A stretch of 64,000 bases of DNA from the NCBI GenBank assembly GCA_040954595.2, contig CM082578.2, positions 14,864,998-14,928,997 of the forward strand, in the 5' to 3' direction. A program made the position numbers and the translations under genes. Source of the stretch: Balanoglossus misakiensis (lineage: Eukaryota; Animalia; Hemichordata). Below the pieces are notes generated by a model. That model was not told the origin of the DNA. It worked only from the letters and a program-made list of their open reading frames with translations, and made no database searches. Shown one piece after another: positions 13,401 to 28,690 of the stretch. How positions within the stretch are numbered: the first letter of the stretch is position 1; every line of letters begins with the position of its first letter.

Positions 13401-16400
13401 GAGAGTGAAAGAATGCCTGCGATGTCACACCTGTGTCATCTTTTCAATATCCGATGGTTTTGATGAAGTAATGTAACATATACAGGGTAGTCATCTCAAA
13501 GAATGAAATGTAATGAGTTGTCTTCAGGTCAATGAATTTGCTATGCAGCAGTTATTTTCGGCCATGTCTGGTAATTTCCAAGCTACATATGTACAAGTAT
13601 GGGGCCTGGCTTACACGTGTAGGAAAGTGTTGCCATTTGACTTGAAGATTTCCACATACATGAAGATCACAAAGTGGGCAGTGTTCTCTCTGATGCTAAT
13701 TTGCCTAGCCTGAGAATTCAAGTAATTGTGATGGAAATGATTGGTGTTTTTCTAAAATCATAGACACAGAAATAAAAGGATGATGACTACATTGTAATAT
13801 GATAATTTGACTTGAAATACATGTACTGATTGATAAACAAAATTTTTCCGCAGAATGATAAACATGTGTATAGGAAATCTCCCATGCATGGTACTATCCC
13901 TAGACTATAAACCCCTGACAGTGCAGAGACAAAATTGAGCTTTTGCAGTTCTTTGAAGGATGGTAAAAATCAATATTTGATAATGGCCTCACCATTTGCA
14001 GATTTATCATGGGTTTATGTATGTTTGTGTCGTCTTAGTAGAAATGATGGCAAGATGAAGGCAGATAATGTTTGGCATATCAAATGATGAATGATGATTG
14101 CTCTCGTTACGGAACATACAAGAGAAAAAGGCTTATCATTCCAGTGAAACTTTTGTCATGTAGCTGCTGTACAGAAGATAATAATTCCCTAATTAAAACC
14201 TGACGACTGTTATCAAATTGTAAAATCATAGTAGAGCACTGTTGTTTACTGTGCATAAAGTAAGGATAACTCTCTTTCTTGTTTTTTTTTTTTAATTTAA
14301 TTTTCTGTTTCAAAGATGCCAACAGTTAGACATTTGGTTATTTGTTAGAATGCCTTGTGAGAAAGGTGAATTCAATTGACAGAAATGGATGAAGAAATGT
14401 TTGAAATGTCAACCAGACTGTTGAAATGCAGCATACATATCCATGCCCAAAGATGCCTGACTACTTTAGAAACCCCACTGTTTACTTAAAGTGCCATTAC
14501 ATGTAATTTCCAAACAAGCTTCTAAATGTTTATAACAGAGTGGAGTTAAGTGAACATTTTCCATTATATTTTCCTAATTTTCTATTATCTGTCTCCGTTT
14601 CCAAAAAAACTTAGTGCCATGTCAGTTCTTCAATAGCTGAGTTGACTCAAAGGCCACCAGGATCACATTGTCATCATTGTAGAGAGCATATGCCCTTCTG
14701 CACATTTAATGTTGATGGTTTTCTCAGCTGCTGTTAGTTTAGAAAGTATTGGAATGAGGAACAGATAGCCTATCCGCAGTTAATGACAGGGCATGTTCTC
14801 TCAGTGTAAAGGGCTGTCATGGTGTACAATGCACATTGACAATCTGACCCTGGCCCCATGGTAAACTCCTCCTTCGTGGCAGTATGTGATCCTTTACTGT
14901 AAATTATCCTCTGAAGTTGCACGAACCTGTCATCGTCAGAGGTGACCAGTGTCTGCGCTGCCATGTACTTGCAAGTAGCGTCAAATAAGCCCTGTGCAGT
15001 GCTGTGACCCGATAATATTGAATCAATACAGTGGTCCACAACAAGTGTTTTTGTAGAACACAAGTAAAGGACATGTAATGTAACAACTTCTTGATATTTT
15101 GCCACTGTTTGAAATCTGTCCAAATGGCGTAGCACATCGCATGCGGAGAAGGCATGCGGTCTCTTGGCTGAGCCAAATAAACCCACAGCCAAAAAGTTCG
15201 CCCCTGTGACAAGTCCTGACAAATCCCTGTTGCAAACAGAACATTTGATCACATACAGTATATTTACTTAGAATGGATAATTTTGAGTGTGGACCATTTT
15301 ATCTGGATAAATTATTTTTTTCCAATCATATAATATAGATCGCTCATCACATTAGGATCAGATGCAAATGAAGCTGCCAAAGCTATAAAGGGCAGTATGT
15401 ATTACATGTCAAAGCTCAATAATATGTACATGCAAGGTGACCTTGAATTTTTATGTTTAAATTATTATTGCATTCTAATATTAATAACCTCACCCCCACC
15501 CCATACCCCAAGTCAGATATTTAAGAAACTCATTTCCAAGTTGTATACAGAAAATCCCACTGGTGTTCAATTATCAGATTATGCTTCCTGTAAATAATCT
15601 TATCATTTGAATTCAATATTGCCTGTCATTTTTGCACTATCTATATATTGCTAATTGTGACCTACTTTCTAATGATGGATGAGTGACTCTGGAAATGGTT
15701 TCTATTGAATTTGTGTTTTCAATTTTCATAATTGCAATAAAGGCATTGTGGTCTACTGTTAGACCAAAGTACAATGTACATGTATAATGTCCCGGCAAAA
15801 AACAGTCATGAGTGTTACAGTTAGATGCTAAGATTTCAGAAATTTTCGACGAGAGCTTTCAATGCTCACAGCAAGATGATAACACAGCTTCCAGGTGTCT
15901 GTATGAGCATAATGGAGAAAAGATCATCGAGACTGAAATGCTATCCAAATTCCCCATGGAATTGAATTGTGGAGAGTAGAAAAGGCCTGCTGATAAGATC
16001 TTACTTGTACAGATTGATAAAATGAAAAAAGTGACACATGATACAAAAACATCTCATTTGGTAGTACGCCTACAAAATTTGGGTTATATTTATAATAATT
16101 TTAAGTGTTTGATAAATTTATGAATCTTTATACATTTTGGTGCTGTGTATAAGTATTTGCTTTTTACATTAATTCTGACAGATAATTGATCTTGTTTTTC
16201 CAGATTTCAGTTGAAACCAGGCCTTTCCATTAACCTAGGTACTCCTGAATCCTAATTTTTGCACAAGCCATATTTAGGATCCAATTTCAAGATCCAATTT
16301 CTGATAATACTGCTAAACTTTTGATAAACTATTGATTTCAGTTTGATGTGTATGATTGAAGAGATTCCCTGAATTTTTTTGAGTCGTGCCTCATTCTTTC

Positions 16401-19354
16401 TTGTAAAATATGCTCCAAGAACTGTCATCGATTTTATTTCCAAGAAAATGTGTCACTGCCTGTTTGCATATCACATGCCCTTTCATATACTAATGCGAAA
16501 GCACTGATAAGAAGAACAATAAAATCAACATTGGCAAACGGGTTGTCCAACGTTTTCTTTTAAATCAAATCATATTCAAAAACTCCGCATGTGCATCTGT
16601 TTACGTTGTGATAACAAGCAATGGAGTTTCACTAGCACTGTTTAACCTCATTCATATTTTTCGACCAACATCCCTTATTAAACTGTTTGGAGAAAAAAAA
16701 TTATACCATTCTTTTACCCATACAACCTTTGGGCCTGTAATTTGCAAAACAGCAAAAGAATATATTCAATCAGAATTGGTTTTGCTTTGAAATGTTGAAA
16801 CACTGTAGGTGGGTCATGTAACATGTACAGGTTGTTAAGTCATGTGTTCAACTTATTGAAATTAATATCTCCAGTAAAATATATATTACTTTTCAAAGTG
16901 GGACTTTAAAATGGTAATGTGAAACCTTGTGTCCTGTAGAGTACATTATTTAATCTAAATAAGCATTTATTACAGTTTTTAATAGGCCTGTTGAAAAATA
17001 AATGCTGCTTTGCATGTACATTACTGTTATATTCTGTGAACTAAAATTGACGTTGGATTAGTACGATCATGTGCATGAATAAGGCTTAAGCTGAGGAATA
17101 ACAATAAAATGAAGACATGTATTAGATATTTGCCTGATCATCAGATTTCCTTTGCAATTAAAATATTTTTCCTGCAGATTTGCTGGTTTTGTACATTAGC
17201 ATGATGTACTTTGTCGATTCCGCCAGCAAAGTAGTATGTATTGTTGTGTACAGAGAGCAGCAAAGCGTAACGACAGGAGTAATTGTTGCCCAACTTGGAG
17301 CCATTAGTAACAGCTACACATAAATGCTTTTAGCGATTTTCTCCTGGCTTTTGCAGTCATTCTGCTAGTTATTGATTAGTGTCTTACAGTCAGAAACGGC
17401 CAATACAGCCAGCGCTTGGCTGTATCGTGCTGGAACCACGGGGGCTGCTTCCAACAGCGTGACTCTCTGCCAGAAGTGATCAAATTGCCGGTCAAAATTT
17501 GGCTGTGAGCATTCACTTTCTCACCAGGGAAATTCAATTAAATGATAGAATGCAGCCCTGATTGAAAATTAAGCATATTGTGTTAGCCACTTCTAACAGG
17601 GGGAAATGTGATTATGCTTGGCAGGGAAGATAGAAAAAGATTTGATTACATTATGAGCATTGTAGCTGTACAAACCAGTTTACTGTGTTCTGCAGAATGA
17701 ACCTTTGCCACACTGCAGGTACCTTTTCTTCCCTTGTGCTACGCTATAGACATAAATCTTTTCGGCACGTGACAGCTGTGAAATCAGTGGCCAGAAAGTA
17801 AATCTCATGAGATTATTTTTCAACAAGAATCCAAATACAAATGGTTCTACTTCAGGGTTTTAATATGCCTTGCAGTTATGTGACAAAATGGTTTTCATAT
17901 TTAAATTGAAATAAAGAATCCCGGTAAATATTGACATTGACGATTTTTTTGTCTGATTGAATTGTTGATTCATTGGATAATGTTATAAGTTTTCAGTGTA
18001 TACAATGTACTTTCAGCTTAATCTGCCAACAGAAGAGAAAAACATGACCAGACTGAAGGGTGTATCACTATCAGCTACTGCATGAAAAACATTAAATTCA
18101 TTACAGTTACAACATTGATAATAGCTACACTATAAAGAGATTATGAATCATTCATGGATACATTTTATGATTGGCAAAATAAATGAAATGTTATGAAAGG
18201 TTAAGTAATAAACCACAGCTTGCCAGTTTCATTACTGTTCAATGTGTTGTTTTGACTTTCTCATAAAATGCCAACCAGTGTATTGTATTGTATTGTACAA
18301 GACAGATTACTAAATATAATTTGATATTTGCATGGTACGTACGATGACACGCATTCTGTTTCTTGATTAATTATTGTGGCATTCCTTACTGAATAATTAC
18401 CTTTATGCCATGCTAACAGTTTTGTGTTTACATGTCAGTTGGCATGACAACGGTAGGATAGTGGTGCAATTAAAGGAACTACATGTATGAATGCTTTAGA
18501 ACTGAATAAATTTATATGGAATAGTTTGGCCTGGTTGATCAACTGATGTACAAAAAATATTTTCCAAATCTGTTGACTTACAAACATTTGCAGACTGAGA
18601 TCGTTCATTCACATGTGATGTGCAGTTGTATCTTAGAATTACTCCATGATTCATATTTTGATTATTTTACCGTAATAAATAGCTCGGATGAAATATGCTC
18701 AAATCAATAAGCCACTTAATTAATCAAGAAATCATCTAATCTGTGTGCGTATGTTAACAAATAAGCTGTCACCTAAATTTAATTTCCAGTTGATAATCCC
18801 ATTCATTTTGATACCGAATCATTTCAGAAGTGACCACTTTGAAAGATTCTGACTCATTTCTTTGTAAATCTGTTATTGTCACCAGTTGTGGTTGGACCAA
18901 TTACATGTACAGCGTAGACGTTCTCCTCTTTCCCCATTCGTTGCCAAACCCATGGCTGTTAAAATATGAAACTGGACATGTAATTATGAAATCACTAACA
19001 TTTACAACCAGCATTAGACACTTTTACAAGGAAACTACTCAATATAAAAAGCTGAGCTACTTGTAATATGAATGGATGGTGTTGAATCACTTGAGTGTTG
19101 TTACAGTTGTATTGATATGAAACTGCACTTGTGCAACATTGATCTGGTCTTTTCTGGTACAAAGCACACACATTCATATGATATACATGCAATAGTGCAA
19201 TCTCTAATCTGAAGCAAGTTGCATGTATATGCGTGCTTGTTTTGTACAACTGTACAAAAAACGTCATGTATCTTTGTCCTGCTGTTTAGGCTTTTACTTT
19301 CGGGTTGGAACTATCCGTTGGCTTCCATTGCTCTATACATTTCTGTTGTACAGC

Positions 19355-19447
19355 TTAATCCTTTCACCCCCAGTTCCCTCTTTAGAGGTCCAACCTTACC
19401 ACAGAAAACAATGGGTTTGGACCAAACCATGGTGGTGAAAGGGTTAA
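19355..19447 (+). mobile_element. 85-bp MITE with short TIRs and TTAA TSD (piggyBac-like)
   Basis: TTAA|TCCTTTCACC ... GGTGAAAGGG|TTAA; related copies at 8592 and 60838. Confidence 0.7.
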
Positions 19448-22400
19448 GTCATCCTGAGACAGGTGCATGCCGTCTCAGATCTTAGCGTCCTATCATTTTT
19501 CTTTTCAAGGATAATACCACTTGAAATCAATCCAGTTCACATCTGGCGTCCAGAATTTGCGAACTATTTTGTTCTGCCCTGTCTGTCAAGGTACATGTGT
19601 ACCATGTTCAATAAAGATTGAGTGTTCTTTTCTGATTAGCTATCTTGTCTGCATTAACAATGAGTTTGTCCATTAATTATGGACATGCAGTACATGATTT
19701 GGTGTGTTTTGAAATTTAGGAATAAAAGCATGAGAAGCACAGTTTTGAAAATGTTGGAATATCAGTGGACGAACAAGTGAGAACAGTTAGTTATCTGAAA
19801 TCAAAAGTGCCGACAGTTTCTTTCCCTGGAATCTTCAATCTCTTCAACCACGAAACAAGACATGCCAGAAGTGGTGTTTGAATATTTTCCTCTCAAATTA
19901 GAATCCTGCAATTTTTGACACTAAATGCTTTCCATGCAAACCAGTCTCATATGCATGAGAATGTACTTGAGGAAGCTTGTCAGTAAAACTTTAGATACAT
20001 TTATTTGTCTTTTACAGCAAAATGTCTAATGGCGATTTTGGACTGTAATGCTCATGTATGCCTTGCTGTTGATCAAAGATGGGGTTTTATACCCTACTTT
20101 GATTTTAATGTTGAATTCCCAGTGTAAATTGTACATGTACAAGGTTAGATGTATTGCTAGTGGGAACCATTATATGCTTAGAAGACGGATTTGGAGGGAA
20201 ATATGAGAAAGAAAAGAGGTAGTCATCCAGAATACCAATCTTTCTTTATTGTATGTAATTAAACTTGTGACAGTTGTTTGAGTTGCTCTACAGATGCTTC
20301 TCTGGATGTTTGCCACTGAACAGAATGAAGCAATGTTATTGACCTAAACTACATGATCAAACATAAAAAATGAGTTACCGAAATTTAAATACTCCATGGG
20401 GCAAGTTAAGGTGGTTTTCCATCATCACTGCACAGATGTTGGTCTCATTATATTGCAGATCGCTAGTTGATGCTTATCAGCGTATAATGCCACTGGTTTG
20501 AGGATAATTTGATAATTTTTTTAAAGTGATTGATTACTGCAGTCTGGTTGTCTGTTTTGAAAATCCATGTTTCTACTGTTGTTGCGGACAGAATGGAATG
20601 ATAAGCTAAAATATTGATGAATCAGGTTTGAGTTTACCCTTAAAATCAAAGATGGTCTCCAAACGTGGATCTTGTGATCTGTCCACCTTATGTGCCTCCC
20701 AGGGCCCGTATCTAATTGAGTTAAAAGTCTAGAATCTAATCACTTGAAGATCTCTCTCTGCGATTATCTTCAAGGAGAAACCACTGTCATATATTGTATG
20801 GTGGCTTTTGACCTTCCCGGGTTGAAAATCCCAGGCTCAGGCAGCTGACGTAGCTTGCCGAACATGACTTCACCAGCTAGATTTTAAATTAAATTTAATA
20901 AACCTCAGAACTTTATCAAATCATTGACGGGAGCAGAAAAATGTAACTCAAATTAATTGCAAGGCAAGGCATTTGTGACATGAAACGCAACGTCTGGGTT
21001 CAATTATTTCACCAAATAAATGTACACAAATAACTCCCAGTAAATCATTTACCCCATCTCATATGGTGCGACTTTTTCTTGTTAATAATGAGGAAATTAC
21101 TACACCAACTGTGAATGTGGAAATCATTTCTGGGTTAAATGCAACAGATTTGTGCAGCTGTTTCAACTCCATCTTAAAAATTCTTCTGCTCAAACATTCA
21201 AGCACCTGTAGATAGTTTATTTTCATGAATATCCCTACTGTATGTGAATGATTGTCAACCAGTTTTTGTCAATAGCTGATGTCACTGAACGATGTATTTT
21301 AACCGTAAAAATTGAAAATAAAAATAATGTTGGTATGCAAAGATATACATTGTGAGAAAAATTTTGTCCACATATGTACTTCTTATTTGTGAATTTCCTA
21401 AAGTTTGAACAGAAATTTTCTGATGAAGCCTGTAATTTATTGTGAGTTCAAATTGCTTTCTAACAAAAGGTACATTCAACTCTATTGATGGCATAATAGG
21501 AAACTGGGAGCCTATGTCAACAGTAACAATTGTATGCGGTTTTTAATAAAAAGTCTTTCTATGCAAATCTGTACTCCCTGGGTGCTAAATTGATCAGTTT
21601 CAGTTGACAGATATCTTTCATGATGAAATTGTCAAATTTGGAGATGAATTCTGTGAAATGTGGAGGTTTTACTCATTAATTATGTTTGGCCGTTCACATC
21701 TGCAGAAATGTGCTGGTTAAAGTTTTGTGTTGAATTAAGTGCCTGGCGAAACCATGATTACAATATTATGTGACCTTTTTATGTTAATCTGCATTTTCAA
21801 TATAACCAATCGCACAGATGACCGGATTGAAGTGAAAAATCACATTTGGTGATATCACTGGTGTTTCTGTCTCTTTGAAAAATCTCAAAGCTCCTACTTT
21901 TGAAACCAACAATAATTGGTTTATTACAGCAAATGAGGTTGAAGCATGCTTGAATGCTTCACTGTATGGTCAAAACTGTGGAAAGTATTTTTGAGTACTT
22001 TTGCTGCAAGCAATCCTTAATGTCTTTGCCACTGTACAATAACTGTCGATCTGCTGGACTGATAGTCTAGCTGGCGAGCCGTGTGTTTATACATGTTATG
22101 TTTGGTTTCGCCTGGCTGAAAACAGCAATGGCTGATTATTATTTGCATTTGCCAACAATGGATAAATTGACTCCCAATCAAAATGAATAATTGTGGATAT
22201 ATTGACATTTTCAGCTAGATTGTGTATCTTTTAATAATACAAAGTAATATGCTGATATTTTGGATTTGGTCTCCATTTTGGTTTGCCTTAGACAACATCC
22301 TCAGCAGTATCACAAAAAAACACTTATCTAGAGACAAATAACATTTGGTAATACAAAATTTAAAAGTCTTATTTTCACTTTACTGATCCCCATTACTGTA

Positions 22401-22709
22401 GCTGCATCATCACATCATAGGTGAAATGCTATCATCTAGGTAATCTTATTATGAAACCACTCATACCAGTAATAAAAAATGTAATAACTCAAATTTTTAT
22501 GGCATAAAGCAAGTCCAAGGGAAAATTAAAATAGGTCACCCAGAATCAGATGAATGATATTGTTCGTTTGATTTTGAGGGATATCAAATTTATGACTCCA
22601 ATTATTGTGAAATGACTTTCAAAGCAAGGATTTGTTTCAAGTTGATATACAATCTGCTGTCACATTTCATGTCATATCATTCTTTTTTTCTCTGTCCTTT
22701 CTGTTACAG

Positions 22710-22750
22710 GAGAAGACAGATGTTGAAGGGACATTGTTTGTCTATGCAAG
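22710..22750 (+). CDS. DCP1: DCP1 exon 2
   Basis: Polypyrimidine tract and ttacag acceptor, EKTDVEGTLFVYA(R), GTGAGT donor; 41 nt. Confidence 0.93.
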
Positions 22751-25700
22751 GTGAGTGGAAGCACAAGTACAAAGATTCCATCACTTTTCTCAGAAAATGA
22801 GGACATGTTCAATATAAGTATATGGATTACAATTGTGTGCAGGTTTTTGTTTTTTTTATCATAAATTAGTTTCTGTGTACTACATTGTGAAAAGCTCCGG
22901 TAGTAATGAATATTTCACATTTAATTTTTTTTTAATATTAGAGGAACATGAATTAAACTCATCGTCTTCCGACACATACACAATAGCTGAGTTAAGTTAC
23001 ATGCCAGCGCCATGCCGTTGTCAAGTATGCCTAGCATTCCAGTGACCGGTAACTTTGAATTGCGGCGATGCCAACATGGTAGAGTACAGTGGTGAATACA
23101 TGAACTCTGTGGACAGGGAACACCAAGTTGGTCGTCGGCAAGTGTGCCTTGGAACAGGTTCAGTCCCCCATCTACTGACAATGGCCTCAGCATTCAGGGT
23201 TAATGTATGCAAACAAGCAGGGCTTCACTATTTTCCCAACCCATCCCAGCAGATGATATATATACATGTCTGCCATCTTCTCTGCTATCATATAAGATAA
23301 TGCAGTCACTCTGGAAATGACAGCTAGAACACACGCAAGGGAAAAAAAATTGTTAGAAACATACCTCACACTGTCCAAAGAATAGCATGTTGGCTAGAAC
23401 AGTATTTCAAATATATCCAAGAGAAGCAAGAGCTTTAACATTGACTGGTATCCATGTTTTACTATGTGTTCTCAATTAGATACCGACACCAGATACTTTG
23501 GCCCCCCCTGGGGCTCGTTTATGCAAATTAATAAATTAGCGAGGCGCTTCCCATCACCAATCACAGCCTGCCATCCAATTGTTCTATGGCAACCAACACC
23601 AGCGCATTGTCATATTCAGGCTGATACAATTCACGGTCAGGGGCACAATGCTTCGATTGGTTAGGTGGCCCAAAGGATGATCAGACTGCCCAGAAACTTG
23701 AATTTCTACATCGACTATCGGTTGTCAGGAAAGACAGCAGCTGCGTACATAGAGTGAGGGCCGTACTGAAAAAGCGTTAGTGGAAATTGCGCCTTTGTTC
23801 TCGGAACATTGAGACTTCGGCAGGTTGTACACAACGATGTATGCAAGATCTGCAGTTTCTACAACTGCAGGCCAGTATATTTTCTACCAGTAATATTTTC
23901 AATTTCAATGTATTTAATTAATTGTCTGGCCCATACGTAAGATCTCTTAGTCTGTTAATATTTTTTGCACAACCACGGTAGTTTGTATTTCACCATGCAC
24001 AGTCGTAACTCATATCCAGAAATGTTTAAAACTACGGCATTGTTGAAAATTCTCAAGACTGGAAGTGTATAGGTGATTAAACCCTACATTATGTTAAGTT
24101 CCCTTTTATCAGTTACACACAAGAGTAACCAAGCAACTGACGAGAATAATATTAAATAAAAGCACATGTGAAATATATTACAAGTAAGGCAATCCGATTA
24201 CTAGAATGTCATGCATTTTTGCGGCGTGTGTACAAATTGATGTAATGGTGTATAGCAGTTGCGACCACATGTATGAAAATTGATTTATAATGCAAGGCCA
24301 AAGAATGACCAAATGTCAAGCCAAGAAGTCAACAGGCCATGTATGGGACCAATACATCTACAGTGCTGCAGCATACATGTACATTTTGCACAACTACACT
24401 CCAACATAGTTTTTTGACCACAGTTCAACATTACTCATGGTGACTTGGCAATTTGTGATTCAGAAATGCCCTAGCAATCCGCCATCAACCCCTGCTGTAC
24501 ACATGTACAAATGTAGCTGATAATCTACAATTCAGACGTGTCCCAGCTGCCTGTCTGTACAGTTCAGTGGGGTGATCTTACAGTTCATAGTTTATACCCC
24601 TGACAACCCGCAGTTCAATGCTCCAACTGCCCACACTATAACAGGACTGTACTCGTGACAATCCTCTGTGTTCAGCAGGGTTCTTTGATAGTTCTCCAGT
24701 CGTACCCTGGCCCTGATATCTGCACAGCAGTTCAATGCCCTGCTATTTGATAATTCCAATGTGTTATCAGTTTGATAGAGTTTGCAGTGACAATGCTCAA
24801 TACATTATAAGTGAATGTGGTGATGGTGCTAATACTGAGTGCAAACCTAACAATCTTACAGGCTGCTAGTCTGGGTTCATTCTGTGGAGATGTACATGTA
24901 AGCTTAGGATGGCCAGGGCCCTGGTAGAAATTTAACCAGCTAAGCACTAAGCGACATCCCAGAATGTTTTTGTCAATCAAAATTATCATCGCAGTATACA
25001 CTGAGAAACAGGGTAATTCAAAATTTGCATATATTACGATGATTTTCATAATCTCTCCCCACTGGCAATGAAATGGGACTATGTAGTATGTACATGTACA
25101 TCCTGTAGCCTGCAGTTCTACTGGGAATTGTAGTCACATCCATGTTCATCTATTATTAATGGCAAAATGATTCCTACCTCCACCACAGCACTAGAAATTA
25201 TCACTAAATATTTTAATATGCCAGTGCATTATAACTTTGCTGTGCCTTGCGACAGTACAGGTTGACACTTGTCTTTTCCATTAGCCAACACAGGGCCCAG
25301 GGATGATTCAGTTGCAATCCAAGATCTTATCTGCAATGTATGTATGGTTGTTTGCAGGTAACGTTATTTATTCAATGAATATATAAGAATTATGTCTACT
25401 CAAACAAGTTGCTTTTTTGCCCTGTATCTCTCTCTTTTGAAATTGTTACTACATACAGGCAAAACTGATTTTCAAAATATGAGATAGAGACACCAAGTAC
25501 TCTTAATAATGGCCTGGAAGAACTGATATGGATATGGTCTGAATTTTGAAGACAGGCATGTTTGCATGGCTGCAGAAAATGCCTGCTATGCCATGTATGC
25601 AAAGTATGACTGGCGTTCAGCACAGCAGCTGCAATGAAGTCTGGTTTTTATTTCCACAAATCTCATCAAACAGTCAGTGCCCTTGATCCATTCGATGCTA

Positions 25701-28348
25701 CTGGGATTTACTGGGTTCTTTCCGTCCTCATTCCCAGCCAAATTATTGTCATTTTGAGACAAAATGCAAAATTACATGTATGATGTACATGTGTGGTAAT
25801 TACGATTGAAAATTAGGAAAACAAATGTTTACTTTCATGCATATGTATGAATTTCATATTTTGAACAACATGAGACATCCCCTATATAACTTAAGCTTAA
25901 TTATCTCTATGAAAAATATACAAGCAGCACCTTAATACATTTATATGTAGTTACATGTATACAATATGAGAATAATACCAATGGAACATATTGATTTCTT
26001 GGACATTTGTTTTGTTCAATATTTTCAGAGAAATTTCAGGTGTACTGTAGTGTGTGAGTAGTTTTAATTAATAGGTTCTTAATTAGATTGTATCGATAAT
26101 TTAAAAAAAAAAACGTCACGAGTCAGATGTAACCATGATCATTTGTCACTATTGTGATGAGTCACAGTTTTTCTATCTCTGTGAAGCAGATTGTTCTTTT
26201 GTTTTATTTTCTGCATTTTCACATATGATAATGATAAGTAGAGCGTTATATAGCCCAATGTCAGTCAAAATTTTAATTGTTTAAAGTTCCATCTATATTC
26301 CAGAAAAGCTAATACTATACTATGGGATATAATAACAAAAGAATTCTAATTTGCAGTGTTAGTATTTTCATTCAGTACACTACATAAGTCTCAGTGTTAA
26401 TATTTACCAGTACAGTAATGAAAGTCTGAAATAATTCAAAATGTGATGCAAATAGAAGCAAAATGAGGAAAAAGTAATGAAATATGTTGTAATATACACA
26501 TGATAGCGCTTTTCATTAAATTTTTTAAAGTACCAGTATGTGTGAAAATCAATAAGTAGTATAAAGGGGCCGGTGTGTCGTGCTGTATTGAGTTTAAAGT
26601 CTTGTATTCTAGGTGTAATTAGAGTTTACTGTTCACAATGTTAGTAAAGGTGTATTTATAGTCTACCAAGAATATACAGGTGTCAGCAAACCGTTTGTAG
26701 AACAAAGTATATGAGTATTTCAATTGTATGAATGTAAGATATGAATGAAAACCTGATGTACAATTGTTACAAAATTATTCAAATGATTGACACACAGCCA
26801 CTATAGAACACTTCGGTCACACAGTGTACATAAGTACACTGCAGTCAATCTGTGTTAGCCATACTGAGACTTTGTAATCTCATTTTCATGTGTGTTGTCC
26901 AGCTCATATGGAAACTTATTATACAATGGTAATTGTACTTGTGTAATAATCAGAGTCATTTCCTGCTTACACATGTATTAATAGCTATTACATTACTAAT
27001 GACATACATGTAATTTCTGGTATAAACTGCAACATAATGTGTCAATAAAAAATTTATGTTAGCTGTCTGCAAGTAGTTAGAATAGAATTAGAACAACTGA
27101 TATCCAGCATTTTAACATACCGGTAGACTGTAGAATAGAATTTCTTCTGTCTGTGGTTTTAATGCATTGTACATATGCAACTGTATGTTGCAGAACTGAA
27201 ATAACCTGTCACCTATGCCACCCCACCCCACCCCAACGTTTCAAAGATAGCAACTTTCGTCCCTTTCAATGAGATGATGCCGTATTGTCATTGTCAGACC
27301 CTGGCTATTGCTTGAGTGAATTAAACAGCTGGCACAAGCACTGAGTTTTGCTGCAGTGTGCCAAAATAACAGATGATGCGTTATTTTGGTGCAAGGTAGA
27401 CCCTGGCTTTGGATTATGGAAACAACTGGTGCAGATGTGTTCTCTTGTTGATGGTAAACAGCTTGTGGCACCTTCTGTTGGCATTGATTAAATCCAGTTG
27501 TATTGTCAATGTGAAATAAGTATAAAACTAACCAGGCATGTCAAAATTGAACTCCTGTTTCTAAAGTTATCAAAACACTGTGTTGGAGAGACTGAATATA
27601 AACTCCATTCTTGCAGCTTTCTGTCAGACAGACACAGAAAATGTGGCAAATTTAGAACAGATATATTATAAAGGATACCTGTATGAAATCTTGTACAGCC
27701 ATCAACTGGGAACAAATCTATTTCTGACAGATTTGTCAGGAAACCACTTGTCTCTGCTTGTTAAAAGGAAAATGACTTTGCTGTAACTGTATATCTTTGC
27801 ATTTTATTCTCATTTTGAAATGTTGCACAGATGTCAGTTTGTGGTTTTGCGTGCAGTTTTGTGCAGGCATGAGCTTTCGTTTCAAAACTGTCAGAAATGA
27901 GATGTTTGCTACTGCTGCTTCACAATTATTGCGTGACAATTTACATTATCAGGTATTTTGGTGGCTCAGCCGAATTACATTAAATTTGTCTCTTTGGGTC
28001 AATCTTGACTGGCTTTACATGATACCAGGAAACACAATTCCAGACACCAGTGGTACCACCATTTTGCAGGGGTTCAAGAGGACTCTATCATCATTGTCAT
28101 TTTCCTATTTGTTTCTTGGACTTGATAATTAGCCTATTATGTGATGATGTCTCTCATGCTCTTTGATCCTGGAGCATCAGAACTGAAAGACTAGTAAACA
28201 AAAGCATTTGTGTAAATGGTCGTAGGTGGTGCACACATAACTAATTGTGTTTGTCTTGATGATTGTTCTGACACCTTTGATAACATGTCGTCCACCAAAT
28301 GACATTATCATCATCAACAATAATTTGATGTGTATGTGTTATTTACAG

Positions 28349-28482
28349 GTCAGCCTCACCCAGCAATGGATTTACTATAATGAACAGATTGAGCATGGAA
28401 AACTTGACAGAACCCATCACCAAAGACTTGGAGTTCCAGGTCAATGACCCCTTCCTCTTGTACAGAAATACCAAAGGGGCAA
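28349..28482 (+). CDS. DCP1: DCP1 exon 3
   Basis: SASPSNGFTIMNRLSMENLTEPITKDLEFQVNDPFLLYRNTKGA, containing the NR loop; AG/GTAAGT boundaries. Confidence 0.93.
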
Positions 28483-28626
28483 GTAAGTGACCTTGGATTT
28501 ACTTTGTCTAACTCCGTGTCTCATCTCTGTGTGTATGTGTAGCTTTTAATGCAGATGTGGATAGTAAAACCAGCTGTTGCTGTATGTAAGATGGCTGACT
28601 AGATTATGGTTTGTCTCATTCTACAG

Positions 28627-28690
28627 GTATTTATGGTATTTGGTTCTATGACAAGGATGAATGTGCTAGAATTGGTGAAATCATGCATAG
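28627..28690 (+). CDS. DCP1: DCP1 exon 4 (end of EVH1 domain)
   Basis: (S)IYGIWFYDKDECARIGEIMH(R); ctacag acceptor and GTGAGT donor. Confidence 0.93.

Noticed and set aside
14770-15252. 160-aa minus-strand ORF in DCP1 intron 1
   Set aside because: Non-ATG start, no recognisable domain and no convincing splice structure; it cannot be supported without a database search.
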